From Pseudomonadota bacterium (GTDB lineage Bacteria; Pseudomonadota; Alphaproteobacteria; Rhizobiales; Beijerinckiaceae), in the NCBI GenBank assembly GCA_023450615.1, contig JAEXGT010000018.1, positions 8,808-72,807 of the forward strand: a stretch of 64,000 nt of DNA, given 5' to 3'. Every line of letters starts with the position of its first letter. Positions within the stretch are counted from its first letter, which is position 1. The position numbers were made by a program, and so were the translations under genes. Shown piece by piece: positions 44,874-54,463 of the stretch. Below the pieces are notes generated by a model, which saw only the letters and a program-made list of their open reading frames with translations, ran no database searches and was not told where the DNA came from.

Positions 44874-45857
44874 ATGTCCATGAAACTGACCCGTCGCGAT
44901 CTGGCCAAGCTCGGCCTTGGCTTTGGCGCTGCCGCCGCCCTGGGCCGCAATGCCTTTGCACAAGCGCCGGCCTTCTTCCGCATCGGGACTGGCGGTACCG
45001 CAGGAACCTACTACCCGGTCGGCGGCCTGATCGCAAATGCCGTTTCGAATGCGCCGCAGCTCGTTCTGACGGCCCAGGCTTCCAACGGCTCCGTGGCGAA
45101 CGTGAACTCCATCGTCTCCGGCGCTCTCGAGTCCGGCTTCACCCAGGCCGACGTGGCCTACTGGGCCTATACCGGCACCGGCCTCTTCGAGGGCAAGGGC
45201 AAGATGGAGGATCTGCGCCTCGTTGCGAACCTTTATCCCGAGAGCATCCATCTGGTCGCCGCCAAGTCCGCGAACATCAAGTCCGTAAACGACCTGAAGG
45301 GCAAGCGCGTATCCCTTGACGAGCCGGGCTCCGGAACCCTCGTCGATGCCCGCATCATCCTGAACGGCTGGGGCCTCAAGGAAAGCGACGTGAAAGCGGA
45401 TTTCCTGAAGCCGAACCAGGCAGCCGAGCGCATGCGCGACGGCGGCCTCGACGCCTTCTTCTTCGTCGGCGGCTATCCGACGAGCGCGATCACGGAGCTT
45501 GCTGCCACCGGCGGCGGCATCGACATCGTGCCCCTGTCCGGCCCCGAGGCGGACGCCATCCGCAAGCAGTACAGCTTCTTCGCCGCGGACGAGATTCCGG
45601 CAGGCACCTACAAGGATGTCGGCGCCGTGAAGACGCTGGCAGTCGGCGCGCAGTGGGTCACGTCCGCGAAGGTGCCGGACGCTGTCGTCTATGAAGTCGT
45701 GAAGGGCCTCTGGAGCGACAAGACCCGCGCCGCCCTCGATGCTGGTCACGCCAAGGGCAAGCTGATCCGCAAGGAGAACGCTCTGGCCGGTGCCGGCATT
45801 CCGATCCATGCCGGAGCTGAGCGCTTCTACAAGGAAGCCGGCCTCCTCAAAGGCTGA
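44874..45857 (+). CDS. TAXI-family TRAP transporter solute-binding protein
   Basis: Tat-like leader LTRRDLAKLGLGFGAAAALGRNAFA and the family block FFRIGTGGTAGTYYPVGGLIANAV. GAGGGA RBS. Confidence 0.85.
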   Translation: MSMKLTRRDLAKLGLGFGAAAALGRNAFAQAPAFFRIGTGGTAGTYYPVGGLIANAVSNAPQLVLTAQASNGSVANVNSIVSGALESGFTQADVAYWAYTGTGLFEGKGKMEDLRLVANLYPESIHLVAAKSANIKSVNDLKGKRVSLDEPGSGTLVDARIILNGWGLKESDVKADFLKPNQAAERMRDGGLDAFFFVGGYPTSAITELAATGGGIDIVPLSGPEADAIRKQYSFFAADEIPAGTYKDVGAVKTLAVGAQWVTSAKVPDAVVYEVVKGLWSDKTRAALDAGHAKGKLIRKENALAGAGIPIHAGAERFYKEAGLLKG

Positions 45858-45877
45858 TTCCGTCCGTCACCCTAAAA

Positions 45878-45916
45878 CGGCCTCCCGCGTCGTCAGTCGC
45901 GGGAGGCGTCGTTTTG
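45878..45916 (+). terminator. Intercistronic hairpin plus T-tract between the TAXI binding-protein and permease genes
   Basis: GCCTCCCGCG (45880-45889) pairs with CGCGGGAGGC (45898-45907), followed by GTCGTTTTG. Confidence 0.45.
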
Positions 45917-46020
45917 AAAGCGTTTGCTCACCTCATTCAAGGCCGAGCAAACGTCCAAGCCTACCCTGGAAGAGCGGCGGCGCATGAATGCGTAAGCGCT
46001 GCCTGCATATGAGACCCGCC

Positions 46021-48192
46021 ATGTCTACTGTCGACACGTCCGCCCTGATCGAGAACCGCAGCCTCGAGGAAAAATTCGATCCCGAGATGCGCTTCCGCCC
46101 TCTGCTGCCAGGAACGGCGTGGCTCGTGGCCGGCCTTCTGCTGGCGCTCTCGCTCTTTCATTACTACACAGCGGGTTTCGGATTGCTGCGCGAAGCAACG
46201 CATCGCGGCATCCACATGGCCTTCGTCCTTGGCCTGATCTTCCTCGTATTCACCGCCTTCAAGACCGACCAGGACAAGGTCATCCCTTCCAGCCTGTGGC
46301 GGCCGGGGGGCATCTCCATCATCGATTGGCTTTTTGCCATCGCTGTTTCGATCGCGAGCCTGTACGTGCCGTGGATCTTCACCGATCTGGCATTCCGTGT
46401 AGGCAATCCGACTTTGACGGACGTCGCAATGGGAACGACCCTGATCGTTCTCCTGCTCGAAGCCACACGCCGTTCTGTCGGCTGGCCCCTTCCCGTCATC
46501 GCCATCGGCATGATGCTTTATGCCTATTTCGGCCCGTCGATGCCCGGCATTCTACAGCACCCCGGCGCCTCGTGGTCGAACATCGTCAACCATCTCTATC
46601 TGACGAGCCAGGGCATCTACGGCATCGCGCTCGGCGTCGTGGCGACTTATGTCTTCCATTACGTGCTCTTCGGCGTGCTTGCGACCCGCGTCGGCCTCGG
46701 CAAGCTCTTCATCGATCTCGCGACCTGTCTCGCCGGACGCTATGCAGGCGGCCCCGCGAAGGTTTCGATCTTCGGGTCGGCCCTGTTCGGCATGATCTCG
46801 GGTTCGTCCATCGCCAATACGGTGACCGTCGGCTCGCTAACGATCCCGGCCATGATCCGCGTCGGCTACAAGCGCCATTTCGCGGCTGCCGTTGAATCGG
46901 CGGCCTCCACCGGCGGACAGATCACTCCGCCGATCATGGGCGCCGCGGCCTTCCTGATGGTCGAGTTCCTGAACATTTCGTACCAGACGGTCATTCTCGC
47001 GGCCATCGTTCCGGCTTTCATGCATTTCTTCGGCGTCTTCATGCAGGTTCACCTGGAGGCAAAGCGCGCGGGCCTGCGTGGATTGCCCGCCGAGGAGCTT
47101 CCGAACGCCCGCAAGGTGATCCGTGAAGGCTGGCAGACGATCATGCCCCTGGCCGTGCTGCTGATGGTGCTGTTCTCCGGCTTCACACCCTATCTCGCCG
47201 CCTTCTGGGGCATCACGGGCTGCATCGTCGTGGGCGTCAGCCGCAATCCGGTCGTGACGCTCGGCTTCCTGGCGGCCATTGCCATCGCCATCACAACCGG
47301 AATGCTCACGCAGCTCGCCTTCTCGCTGCCGGCTCTTCTGTTCGTCACGGGCTTGATGATCTACGCCTATGTGAAGAGCGACGCAGGCAAGGCGAAGGTG
47401 ATCGACCTCATCGACGCCTTCGTCGTCGGCGCGAAATATGCCATCAGCGTGGGCGCCGCGGCGGCGACGGTCGGCATCATCGTCGGCATCGTGACGCTCA
47501 CCGGTGTGGGCTTCAAGATCTCCTTCATCGTGACCTCGTTCGCCGCGCAAATGGCGCAGACCGTAGGCGATATCCTGCCTGCGGGATTGATGGAAGCGAA
47601 GGCGCTGACCCTGCTCTTCACCCTGGCAATGACGGCAATCGTCTGCATCCTCCTCGGTTGCGGCGTTCCGACGACGGCCAACTACATCATCATGGTCACC
47701 GTCGCCGCCCCTGCCCTGATCCTGCTCGGCGTGCAGCCGATCGTAGCGCACTTCTTCGTGTTCTATTACGGCGTGCTCGCGGATATCACTCCGCCCGTCG
47801 CCCTGGCGGCCTATGCGGGGGCGAGCATGGCGGGCGCCGATCCGTTCAAGACCGGCAACACAGCGTTCCGCCTCGGCCTCGGCAAGGCACTTGTGCCCTT
47901 CGTGTTCGTCTACGGCCCCGCCATGCTGATCGTGACACCCGACTTCACCTGGCCGAGCTTCCTCCTGGTGACCGGAGGCGCGATCGCCGGCATCCTGTGC
48001 CTGTCGGCAGCTTTCGCCGGCTATGCCCTGACGGAGATGCGCGCCTGGGAGCGCTGGCTCATCGGCATCGCCTCTCTGCCGATCATCGCGCCCGACTTTA
48101 AGACCACCTTGATCGGTCTGGCGCTGGCAAGCCCTGTGGCCCTGTCTCAGATCATCAAGGCTCGCACCGGACCAGCGTCGGTCCCGGCCTGA
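46021..48192 (+). CDS. TRAP transporter fused permease (TAXI-type, DctQ/DctM-like fusion)
   Basis: About 720-aa polytopic membrane protein directly downstream of the TAXI SBP. The start is uncertain (ATG at 45988, 46009 or 46021). Confidence 0.85.
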   Translation: MSTVDTSALIENRSLEEKFDPEMRFRPLLPGTAWLVAGLLLALSLFHYYTAGFGLLREATHRGIHMAFVLGLIFLVFTAFKTDQDKVIPSSLWRPGGISIIDWLFAIAVSIASLYVPWIFTDLAFRVGNPTLTDVAMGTTLIVLLLEATRRSVGWPLPVIAIGMMLYAYFGPSMPGILQHPGASWSNIVNHLYLTSQGIYGIALGVVATYVFHYVLFGVLATRVGLGKLFIDLATCLAGRYAGGPAKVSIFGSALFGMISGSSIANTVTVGSLTIPAMIRVGYKRHFAAAVESAASTGGQITPPIMGAAAFLMVEFLNISYQTVILAAIVPAFMHFFGVFMQVHLEAKRAGLRGLPAEELPNARKVIREGWQTIMPLAVLLMVLFSGFTPYLAAFWGITGCIVVGVSRNPVVTLGFLAAIAIAITTGMLTQLAFSLPALLFVTGLMIYAYVKSDAGKAKVIDLIDAFVVGAKYAISVGAAAATVGIIVGIVTLTGVGFKISFIVTSFAAQMAQTVGDILPAGLMEAKALTLLFTLAMTAIVCILLGCGVPTTANYIIMVTVAAPALILLGVQPIVAHFFVFYYGVLADITPPVALAAYAGASMAGADPFKTGNTAFRLGLGKALVPFVFVYGPAMLIVTPDFTWPSFLLVTGGAIAGILCLSAAFAGYALTEMRAWERWLIGIASLPIIAPDFKTTLIGLALASPVALSQIIKARTGPASVPA

Positions 48193-48215
48193 GGCTTGAC
48201 TAAGGCTCCTGATGC

Positions 48216-48250
48216 AAAAAGCCCCCGCTGCATAGCGGGGGCTTTCTTTA
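48216..48250 (+). terminator. Rho-independent terminator after the TRAP permease gene
   Basis: AAAAAGCCCCCGC-TGCATA-GCGGGGGCTTTCTTTA: 8-bp GC stem at 48221-48228 / 48235-48242, then a T-tract. Confidence 0.75.
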
Positions 48251-48276
48251 TGGATGTCTCAGGATCGCTTGCCGCA

Positions 48277-48385
48277 GCCTAAAGCAGGGGACGTGGAATC
48301 GAACTCACGTCCACTGCTTTAGGCTTTTGTTTTGGCGCATCTTGTCACACAAAACCGGTGCCCACTTTTGCGCTCGATGCTCTAG
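48277..48385. repeat. Intergenic repeat, copy B, extended form (18-bp split hairpin plus the 72-bp core)
   Basis: GCCTAAAGCAG / CTGCTTTAGGC (48277-87 / 48314-24) with inner GGACGTG / CACGTCC, followed by TTTTGTTTT. The core 48314-48385 is 69/72 identical to 32975-33046. Confidence 0.85.
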
Positions 48386-50067
48386 ATGACGATGAAGTCG
48401 TCGCTCGTGAGAGCAAGGCCCGGCTTGAGCTTCGCGAACAGAACCGCGCCGACCTTTTTCCCCGATCCATCCGCATCGTAATACAGATAGCCATTCTTCT
48501 TGTTGTAGATCAGGTAATCGTTCTTATCGAGCGCCTTGCTGCCGATGACGAAATAGGCCGCCTTCAGCTTTCCGGCCGAGCCCAGTTTCTTGAAGATAGA
48601 ATTTTCCAGCTTGATCGTATCGTCGGCGACATTGAAATCCGTGATCGTGCTGACATTCACCTTCGACTTCAGCGCGGTGTTGAAGACGAACGTGTCCTTG
48701 CCAGAACCGCCCGAGAGCGTGTTGAGCCCGAGACCGCCGTTGAGGACATCGTTTCCGGCATCGCCATAGAGCTTGTCGTTCCCCGCGCCGCCCGAAAGCG
48801 TGTCGTTCTGGGTTCCGCCGTAAAGAGTGTCGTTGCCGTTCCCACCCGACAGGTTGTTCTTACCCAGGCCGCCGTAGAGCTTGTCGTTACCGTGGCCGCC
48901 CGAGATCGTATCGTTCCCCACATCGCCGTAGAGGATGTCGTTGTTGTCTCCTCCATCCAGGCGATCGTTGCCGGGACCGCCATAGAGAGTGTCGTTTCCG
49001 GCACCGCCAGAGAGATTGTCGTTTCCGACATCTCCATAGAGCTTGTCGTTGCCGTTCCCACCGTCGAGCCGGTCGTTGCCCTTCCCTCCATAGAGGAGGT
49101 CGTTGCCGTTTCCGCCGGTCAGCGTGTCGTTGCCGCCATCGCCGTAGAGCTTGTCGTTGCCGTCGCGCCCATGGAGAATGTCGATGCCGGAGCTCCCATA
49201 GATCTCATTCGACAATTCGTTGCCGATGAGCGTGAGACGCGATGTTCCGGGAGACGCTTTCAGGATTTCGATGCCGCTTCCCAGCTCATACGAGGACGTT
49301 GCGATGACCGTATCGCGCCCGCTCGTGTCCATCACGACGTCGAACGCGTTGTCGACGAGATAGGTGTCGTTTCCAGCGCCACCGATCAGCGTATCGACGC
49401 CTCCCTTGCCGTCGAGGAAGTCGTTGCCTGCGGTCCCGATGATCTGGTTGGCGAACCTGTTGCCCGTGAGCTGAAGAGAACGCGCGTGCGAGGCCGCCCT
49501 CAAAACCTCGACCTCCGCATCGGACATCAGGGCATAGGATACGCCCGTCTCGACAATGTCATATCCGGCACCAACAGCTTCAAAGACACGGTCTTCCTTG
49601 CTGTCGACATAATAGGTGTCGTTTCCGTAGCCACCCTGGAGGGTATCGTTCCCCCCTCTTCCATCGAGAATGTCGTCGCCGGAATAACCTTCCAGATAAT
49701 CACCACGTGACGTTCCGGTGATGACGTCATTCCCCGCAAGGATAATTGCTGCGGCATCGCCGCCGCGCCTATGGAAGGAGAGAAGATCGGTATACGAGAA
49801 AAGAACGGGCCCGCCGATAGCGCCATATGTCAGCCAGGGCGAAGCGTTCGGTCCAAAGCGCAGATAGGAAACCTGACCGAAGGCGTTGGAGAGGGCCTGC
49901 CCTTCGTAACGGACATCGACGGGCGACTGATAGACGGTCACCCGGAAGTCGGCGTTCCAGCGAGAGCCTACACTCGTAATATTGAAGCTGTTGCCGATGA
50001 TGGTCGTAAACAGAGCCTGCAGACGAAGGCCAGCAGGCATGCTGTTATGAAGTGTAACAACGGCCAT
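48382..50067 (-). CDS. RTX (hemolysin-type calcium-binding repeat) protein, T1SS-substrate type
   Basis: More than 20 GGxGNDxLx nonapeptides ([29 protein letters not shown]...). No signal peptide. C-terminus ...[19 protein letters not shown]...SDDFIVI. Confidence 0.9.
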   Translation of the reverse strand: MAVVTLHNSMPAGLRLQALFTTIIGNSFNITSVGSRWNADFRVTVYQSPVDVRYEGQALSNAFGQVSYLRFGPNASPWLTYGAIGGPVLFSYTDLLSFHRRGGDAAAIILAGNDVITGTSRGDYLEGYSGDDILDGRGGNDTLQGGYGNDTYYVDSKEDRVFEAVGAGYDIVETGVSYALMSDAEVEVLRAASHARSLQLTGNRFANQIIGTAGNDFLDGKGGVDTLIGGAGNDTYLVDNAFDVVMDTSGRDTVIATSSYELGSGIEILKASPGTSRLTLIGNELSNEIYGSSGIDILHGRDGNDKLYGDGGNDTLTGGNGNDLLYGGKGNDRLDGGNGNDKLYGDVGNDNLSGGAGNDTLYGGPGNDRLDGGDNNDILYGDVGNDTISGGHGNDKLYGGLGKNNLSGGNGNDTLYGGTQNDTLSGGAGNDKLYGDAGNDVLNGGLGLNTLSGGSGKDTFVFNTALKSKVNVSTITDFNVADDTIKLENSIFKKLGSAGKLKAAYFVIGSKALDKNDYLIYNKKNGYLYYDADGSGKKVGAVLFAKLKPGLALTSDDFIVI

Positions 50068-50235
50068 CTTTTACTTTCCGACTGCCCAAGACATGGCGGA
50101 TTGGGAATTCATCCTACAGTTCAGGCAGGACGGGAGAGAACATCGAATGCGATGCTCTCCTACCACAGCCTTACGTTAGGAGAATACCCTCATAATCACC
50201 AAGCTCGGGCCTGCGTCGAAAAGACTTAAAGCCTA

Positions 50236-50658
50236 CTAGGCGGCAGACTGGACTTTTCGCTCGTCATCGCCTTCAGGCGCGCTGCTCCGCTCCAGTTGAA
50301 CGGCATAGGCTGCCTCCAGCCCCCTGAAGCGGAGGCTGTCGTCGGGTTCCGAGAGGCCGGCCACTACAGGGACCCGTTCCGTGAACCGGGTGAGCGCGCT
50401 GCGCATGCAGCGTACGTTCCTGGGCACCGGATGAACACCGACTGCGGCATCCTTCATAACCGCGCGGGCAGCTGCGTAGAGATCGTCAACGGCCGCTTCC
50501 ACGCCAGGGTCGCGCTTCATCAGGCTCATGGTGTTGATGAGCAGAACGCGCAGGTCACGCAGGTCCGTTTCCTTCCCATGGCCGGCAATCGCGTCCACCA
50601 CCAATTCAATCCCTGCGATCCTTTCGCGGATCGTCTCTGCGAAGCTCGTATCGGTCAT
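50236..50658 (-). CDS. Hypothetical protein (140 aa)
   Basis: ATG-initiated ORF with ordinary amino-acid composition, upstream of and co-directional with the RTX gene. I recognise no motif. Confidence 0.45.
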   Translation of the reverse strand: MTDTSFAETIRERIAGIELVVDAIAGHGKETDLRDLRVLLINTMSLMKRDPGVEAAVDDLYAAARAVMKDAAVGVHPVPRNVRCMRSALTRFTERVPVVAGLSEPDDSLRFRGLEAAYAVQLERSSAPEGDDERKVQSAA

Positions 50659-50828
50659 GTGCGCTACCCCCGTCAGTCACCTGGAACGATTCCATCGGCC
50701 TATGGGGAGAGCATGCGCGCGCATGGTTAATGAATGCTTACGGCGCCCGTGAAAGCCTTTATTTCCCAGGCTTTCCGAATCACCGACAGCACCTCATCGC
50801 ACCTCGCGCAACAGGTGTTGACCGATTC

Positions 50829-51206
50829 TCAGCACCCCTCGCAAACGCCGCGCCTCGCTCTCTGATCCAGAGCTTCGCCTTGCCTCTGGAGTTCCCGCTC
50901 TCGGGACGAAGGTTCGATTGCGGAAGGCGTTCCCGATTGTCGCCCGGAGACCCCGCCCGTGGTCGTCGGGGAATTACCGCTTCCTCCCATACCCTGCTGA
51001 AGAGGCGGACGAACGGAGGAGTTGCCGGATGGGTCCGTGGAGCCTGCCGAGGGCGCAGCGCCTCCCGAGGAAGCTCCTGTACCGCCCCCAGCCGCACCAC
51101 CACCTGCGCTTCCCCCACCTGAGCCTCCTCCAGACGAGCCCTGAGCCCAGGCCGCGCCGATCATGAGGGAACCGGCAATCAGAACGACTGGAATTGTGAC
51201 GCGCAT
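50829..51206 (-). CDS. Small secreted Gly/Ser-rich protein
   Basis: Signal peptide MRVTIPVVLIAGSLMIGAAWAQ after a GGGAGA RBS, then a G/S/A low-complexity stretch. The C-terminus is charged and ends in CEGC. Confidence 0.5.
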   Translation of the reverse strand: MRVTIPVVLIAGSLMIGAAWAQGSSGGGSGGGSAGGGAAGGGTGASSGGAAPSAGSTDPSGNSSVRPPLQQGMGGSGNSPTTTGGVSGRQSGTPSAIEPSSRERELQRQGEALDQRARRGVCEGC

Positions 51207-51267
51207 GAGTGTTCTCCCGATTGAGGGATCTCGCAAACCAACTCGCCGCATGCGCTATAGGTTTCCC

Positions 51268-51816
51268 TCAGCTGCGCCAGACGACGAGGCTGACGGGTAC
51301 GGCCTGATCGATCACCTGCCGCGCTCCGGGGCTGAGGCCGGCCTCCGAGAGAACCGTTTCCGCGCTCCTGCCGGAATCGCATTGCGAGAACACGGCAACC
51401 CCGCCGGGAACGACGACGCCCTCGGCCCGCGTGAGGTGAAACGCGTCGTAGCCGATGCCGAGGAAGAGATCGAAGACCTGTCGCCCGCCCGGCACGGCGA
51501 CCCTTCCGCCATAGGGCAGGACCCTGCGGATCGCTTCCTCCCATGAGAGCTTCTGCGGATTCCACCACCAGCCGTCGACACGCCTTTCGATGCCGTTGGA
51601 TGAAGACGACAGGATCATCCGAACACGGTTTCTGGGGTTCGGGTTGGCCTCATGCCCCAGCCTCCCCAGCACCGTCACGTCGGACCGGTTGAGTTCGGAC
51701 TGAAAATAGGCCCAATCCGCATCGTTGCGCAGCGCATCCGGCGTCCGGCCGGTGGCATCGGCAATGCGGTCATCGTCCGACACGATGGCATAGCCGTGGA
51801 TTTCAACGCGGGGCAT
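51268..51816 (-). CDS. Dihydrofolate-reductase-like (RibD C-terminal domain) family protein
   Basis: Layout GYAIVSDDDRIADA...F...DVTVLGRLGHE...VPGGRQVFDLFL resembles the RibD_C/DHFR-like family. The start (51816 or 51840) overlaps the upstream gene end. Confidence 0.5.
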   Translation of the reverse strand: MPRVEIHGYAIVSDDDRIADATGRTPDALRNDADWAYFQSELNRSDVTVLGRLGHEANPNPRNRVRMILSSSSNGIERRVDGWWWNPQKLSWEEAIRRVLPYGGRVAVPGGRQVFDLFLGIGYDAFHLTRAEGVVVPGGVAVFSQCDSGRSAETVLSEAGLSPGARQVIDQAVPVSLVVWRS

Positions 51817-52495
51817 GACGCAACCTTTCCTCGGAACCATGGACGAGCGCCGCGTTCATGAGGATCCAGAGCACCAGCGCATTCAGCATGTGCCAGAGCG
51901 CATGCGTGCCGAGTGGTAGCGTAGAGCAGACTGCGCTGTCGATGGAGCGGAAGACCAGAGACAGGAAGAAAACGAAAGCAGCCCACAAGAGCGCCCTGCC
52001 CGGCTGCTTCACGCCTATGAAGCGGCACGCCACGCCCACACAGGCGAGCGCCATGAGCGCAGGGAGATAGCCCACCGATCCGTTGAGACCGATACCGGGA
52101 AAAAGCCCGAACCACAGGCGCGCGAAGGACAGGTTGAAGGCCGCGAAGGCAAGAGTGGCCGCGATGGCGGCGAAGAGCCTCAGATGCAGGTAACGCCTCA
52201 TGGCCAGCAGGAAATAACTGTAGATGAATATCGCGATGGGCAGCACATCGGCGAGCAGCGACCAGCGGTTGGCGAAGGTGTGAAACAGGAAGCTCCCGAT
52301 GCCGACGACAGCCGTGACAGCGATCAGCCAAAGAACGGGCCAGTCGCGGTTGTCCTTGCCGCGCCAGCCCCAAAAGGCATAAGCGGCGGCGAGCAGGAAG
52401 AACCCGTTGGAGACGGCATTGACCGGCTCCGCCCAGAAGCCGGTGTCGAGGCGCTCGCAATAGCTGTCGATGGACTGAAACCAGGATGATGCCAT
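51803..52495 (-). CDS. Ceramidase-family integral membrane protein
   Basis: The N-terminus SIDSYCERLDTGFWAEPVNAVSNGFFLLAA plus about 7 TM segments and His-rich motifs are typical of bacterial ceramidase-domain proteins. Confidence 0.65.
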   Translation of the reverse strand: MASSWFQSIDSYCERLDTGFWAEPVNAVSNGFFLLAAAYAFWGWRGKDNRDWPVLWLIAVTAVVGIGSFLFHTFANRWSLLADVLPIAIFIYSYFLLAMRRYLHLRLFAAIAATLAFAAFNLSFARLWFGLFPGIGLNGSVGYLPALMALACVGVACRFIGVKQPGRALLWAAFVFFLSLVFRSIDSAVCSTLPLGTHALWHMLNALVLWILMNAALVHGSEERLRHAPR

Positions 52496-52623
52496 GAGAT
52501 TGATTCAGGTATGCGCGGGACAGGGGGGTGCACCATGCGATGCCCGGAAACATAATCCCCCGGCATTGAGTTTCCACGACAACCCGGCAGCAAGGCCGTC
52601 TCTCATCAGCATCGGAATCAATC

Positions 52624-53571
52624 ATGGAAAAGCGTCAACTCGGCCAAAGCAGCCTCCACGTGCCTCCCCTCTGCATCGGCGGCAACGTTTTCGGTTGGAC
52701 GGCGGATGAGTCGACATCGTTCGAATTGCTCGACGCCTGCTTCGATGCGGGCCTCACCTTCATCGACACCGCCGACGTGTATTCGAAATGGGTTCAGGGC
52801 AACACGGGCGGCGAGTCGGAAAGCATCATCGGCAGGTGGATGAAGGAGCGCGGCAACCGCGACCGGCTCGTGATCGCCACCAAGGGCGGCCAGGAAATGC
52901 CTTACGGAAAAGGGCTCTCGAAGGCTCATATCCGCATGGCGGTCGACGCGTCCCTGAAGCGCCTTCAGACCGATTATATCGATCTTTATCAATCCCATAC
53001 CGACGATGCCGCAACCCCGCTCGAAGAAACGCTTGGGGCCTATGCGGAGCTGATCCAGGCCGGAAAGATCCGGTTCATCGGAGCCTCGAACTACACCGCG
53101 GAACGGCTGAAGGAGGCTCTCGACATCAGCGCGCGGAACAGCCTGCCGCGCTACGAATCCTTGCAGCCGGAATACAACCTCTACAATCGCGCCGGGTATG
53201 AGAGCGCCCTTGAGCCGCTCTGTCGCGACAACGAGATCGGGGTCATTCCCTATTACGCGCTGGCCAGCGGATTTCTGACGGGCAAGTACCGCTCGGAGCA
53301 GGATTTCGGCAAGAGCCCGCGCGGAGGCTCCATGGGCAAGTATCTGAATGCGCGGGGCTTGAGGATTCTGAAGGCGCTCGACGAGGTTACCGAAAAGCAC
53401 AAGGCCACGCCGGCTCAAGTGTCCCTTGCCTGGCTCATGGCCCGCCCCGGCCTGACGGCCCCGATCGCCAGCGCGACGAAACTGGCGCAGGTCAAGGATC
53501 TCGCCGCCTCGACCGCCCTGCGGCTCGATGGACCCGATATCGAGGCTCTCAATCAGGCATCGGCCGCCTAG
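52624..53571 (+). CDS. Aldo/keto reductase
   Basis: LGQSSLHVPPLCIGGNVFGW, FIDTADVYS and DLYQSHTDD blocks of the AKR superfamily. Confidence 0.9.
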   Translation: MEKRQLGQSSLHVPPLCIGGNVFGWTADESTSFELLDACFDAGLTFIDTADVYSKWVQGNTGGESESIIGRWMKERGNRDRLVIATKGGQEMPYGKGLSKAHIRMAVDASLKRLQTDYIDLYQSHTDDAATPLEETLGAYAELIQAGKIRFIGASNYTAERLKEALDISARNSLPRYESLQPEYNLYNRAGYESALEPLCRDNEIGVIPYYALASGFLTGKYRSEQDFGKSPRGGSMGKYLNARGLRILKALDEVTEKHKATPAQVSLAWLMARPGLTAPIASATKLAQVKDLAASTALRLDGPDIEALNQASAA

Positions 53572-53672
53572 TCGCCCTGGGCCGATGCTCTTCCTCACCG
53601 CCCGCAAGCTCTGCCATCTTGCCAGATGCGCTCCGACATCCGATGAAGGCAATGGATGAAGAAGGCACAACG

Positions 53673-54458
53673 ATGCGCATAGCCACATGGAACGTGAACT
53701 CGATCAAGCAGCGGTTGGACCACCTCGCGACCTTCGTGAAAAGCGCGGAACCGGATGTGCTGTGCCTGCAAGAGCTGAAATGCATGGACGAGGCCTTTCC
53801 GCGGGCCGAGGTCGAAGCGCTCGGCTACAACGTCGTCACCCATGGGCAGAAGGCCTATAACGGCGTCGCCATTCTCTCCAAGCGCCCGCTCGAAGACGTG
53901 CGGCGCGGGTTGCCGGGGGACGAGAGCGACGAGCAGGCGCGTTATCTCGAAGGCACCATCTCGACATCATCGGGCGTGGTCAGGGTCGCGTCGATCTACC
54001 TGCCCAACGGCAATCCCATCGGCACGCCGAAATTCGACTACAAGCTCGCCTGGATGGACCGGCTCATCGCCCATGCGCGCCGCCTCCTCCCGCAGGAGGA
54101 GCCGCTGGTGCTGTGCGGAGACTACAATGTGATCCCCGAGCCGAAGGACGCGGCTTTTCCGGAAGCATGGACCAACGACGCGCTCTTCCAGCCGGAAAGC
54201 CGCGCGAAGTTCCGGGCTCTCGAAAATCTCGGCTTCCTCGATGCCGTCCGTGCCTGCAGCGACCAGCCGGGCCTCTATTCGTTCTGGGATTATCAGGCCG
54301 GGGCTTTCCAGCGGAACAACGGCATCCGCATCGATCACCTCATGCTGTCCCCGCAGGCGCAGGACAAGCTGAGAAGCGCCTCGATCCGCAAGGAAGTGCG
54401 CGGATGGGACAAGCCCTCCGACCACGTGCCGGTGATGGTGGATCTGGATCTCGACTGA
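53673..54458 (+). CDS. xthA: Exodeoxyribonuclease III
   Basis: MRIATWNVNSIKQR...DVLCLQELK...CGDYNV...FWDY...RIDH...SDHVPV are canonical ExoIII/APE motifs. Confidence 0.9.
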   Translation: MRIATWNVNSIKQRLDHLATFVKSAEPDVLCLQELKCMDEAFPRAEVEALGYNVVTHGQKAYNGVAILSKRPLEDVRRGLPGDESDEQARYLEGTISTSSGVVRVASIYLPNGNPIGTPKFDYKLAWMDRLIAHARRLLPQEEPLVLCGDYNVIPEPKDAAFPEAWTNDALFQPESRAKFRALENLGFLDAVRACSDQPGLYSFWDYQAGAFQRNNGIRIDHLMLSPQAQDKLRSASIRKEVRGWDKPSDHVPVMVDLDLD

Positions 54459-54463
54459 GGTCT

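Noticed and set aside
48288-48313. GGACGTG-GAATCGAACT-CACGTCC hairpin resembling a tRNA T-arm (reverse strand reads GTTCGATTC), considered as a tRNA fragment or tRNA-derived element
   Set aside because: The stem is 7 bp with a 10-nt loop, not 5 bp with a 7-nt loop. No acceptor, D or anticodon arms can be drawn around it. I kept it only as part of the intergenic repeat.
48358-49710. 450-aa plus-strand ORF, and the possibility that the 27-nt periodic repeats here are a CRISPR or non-coding tandem array
   Set aside because: The periodicity is the GGxGxDxLx nonapeptide of an RTX protein on the minus strand. The repeats are imperfect, in frame, and lack unique spacers. The plus-strand ORF is the antisense artefact.
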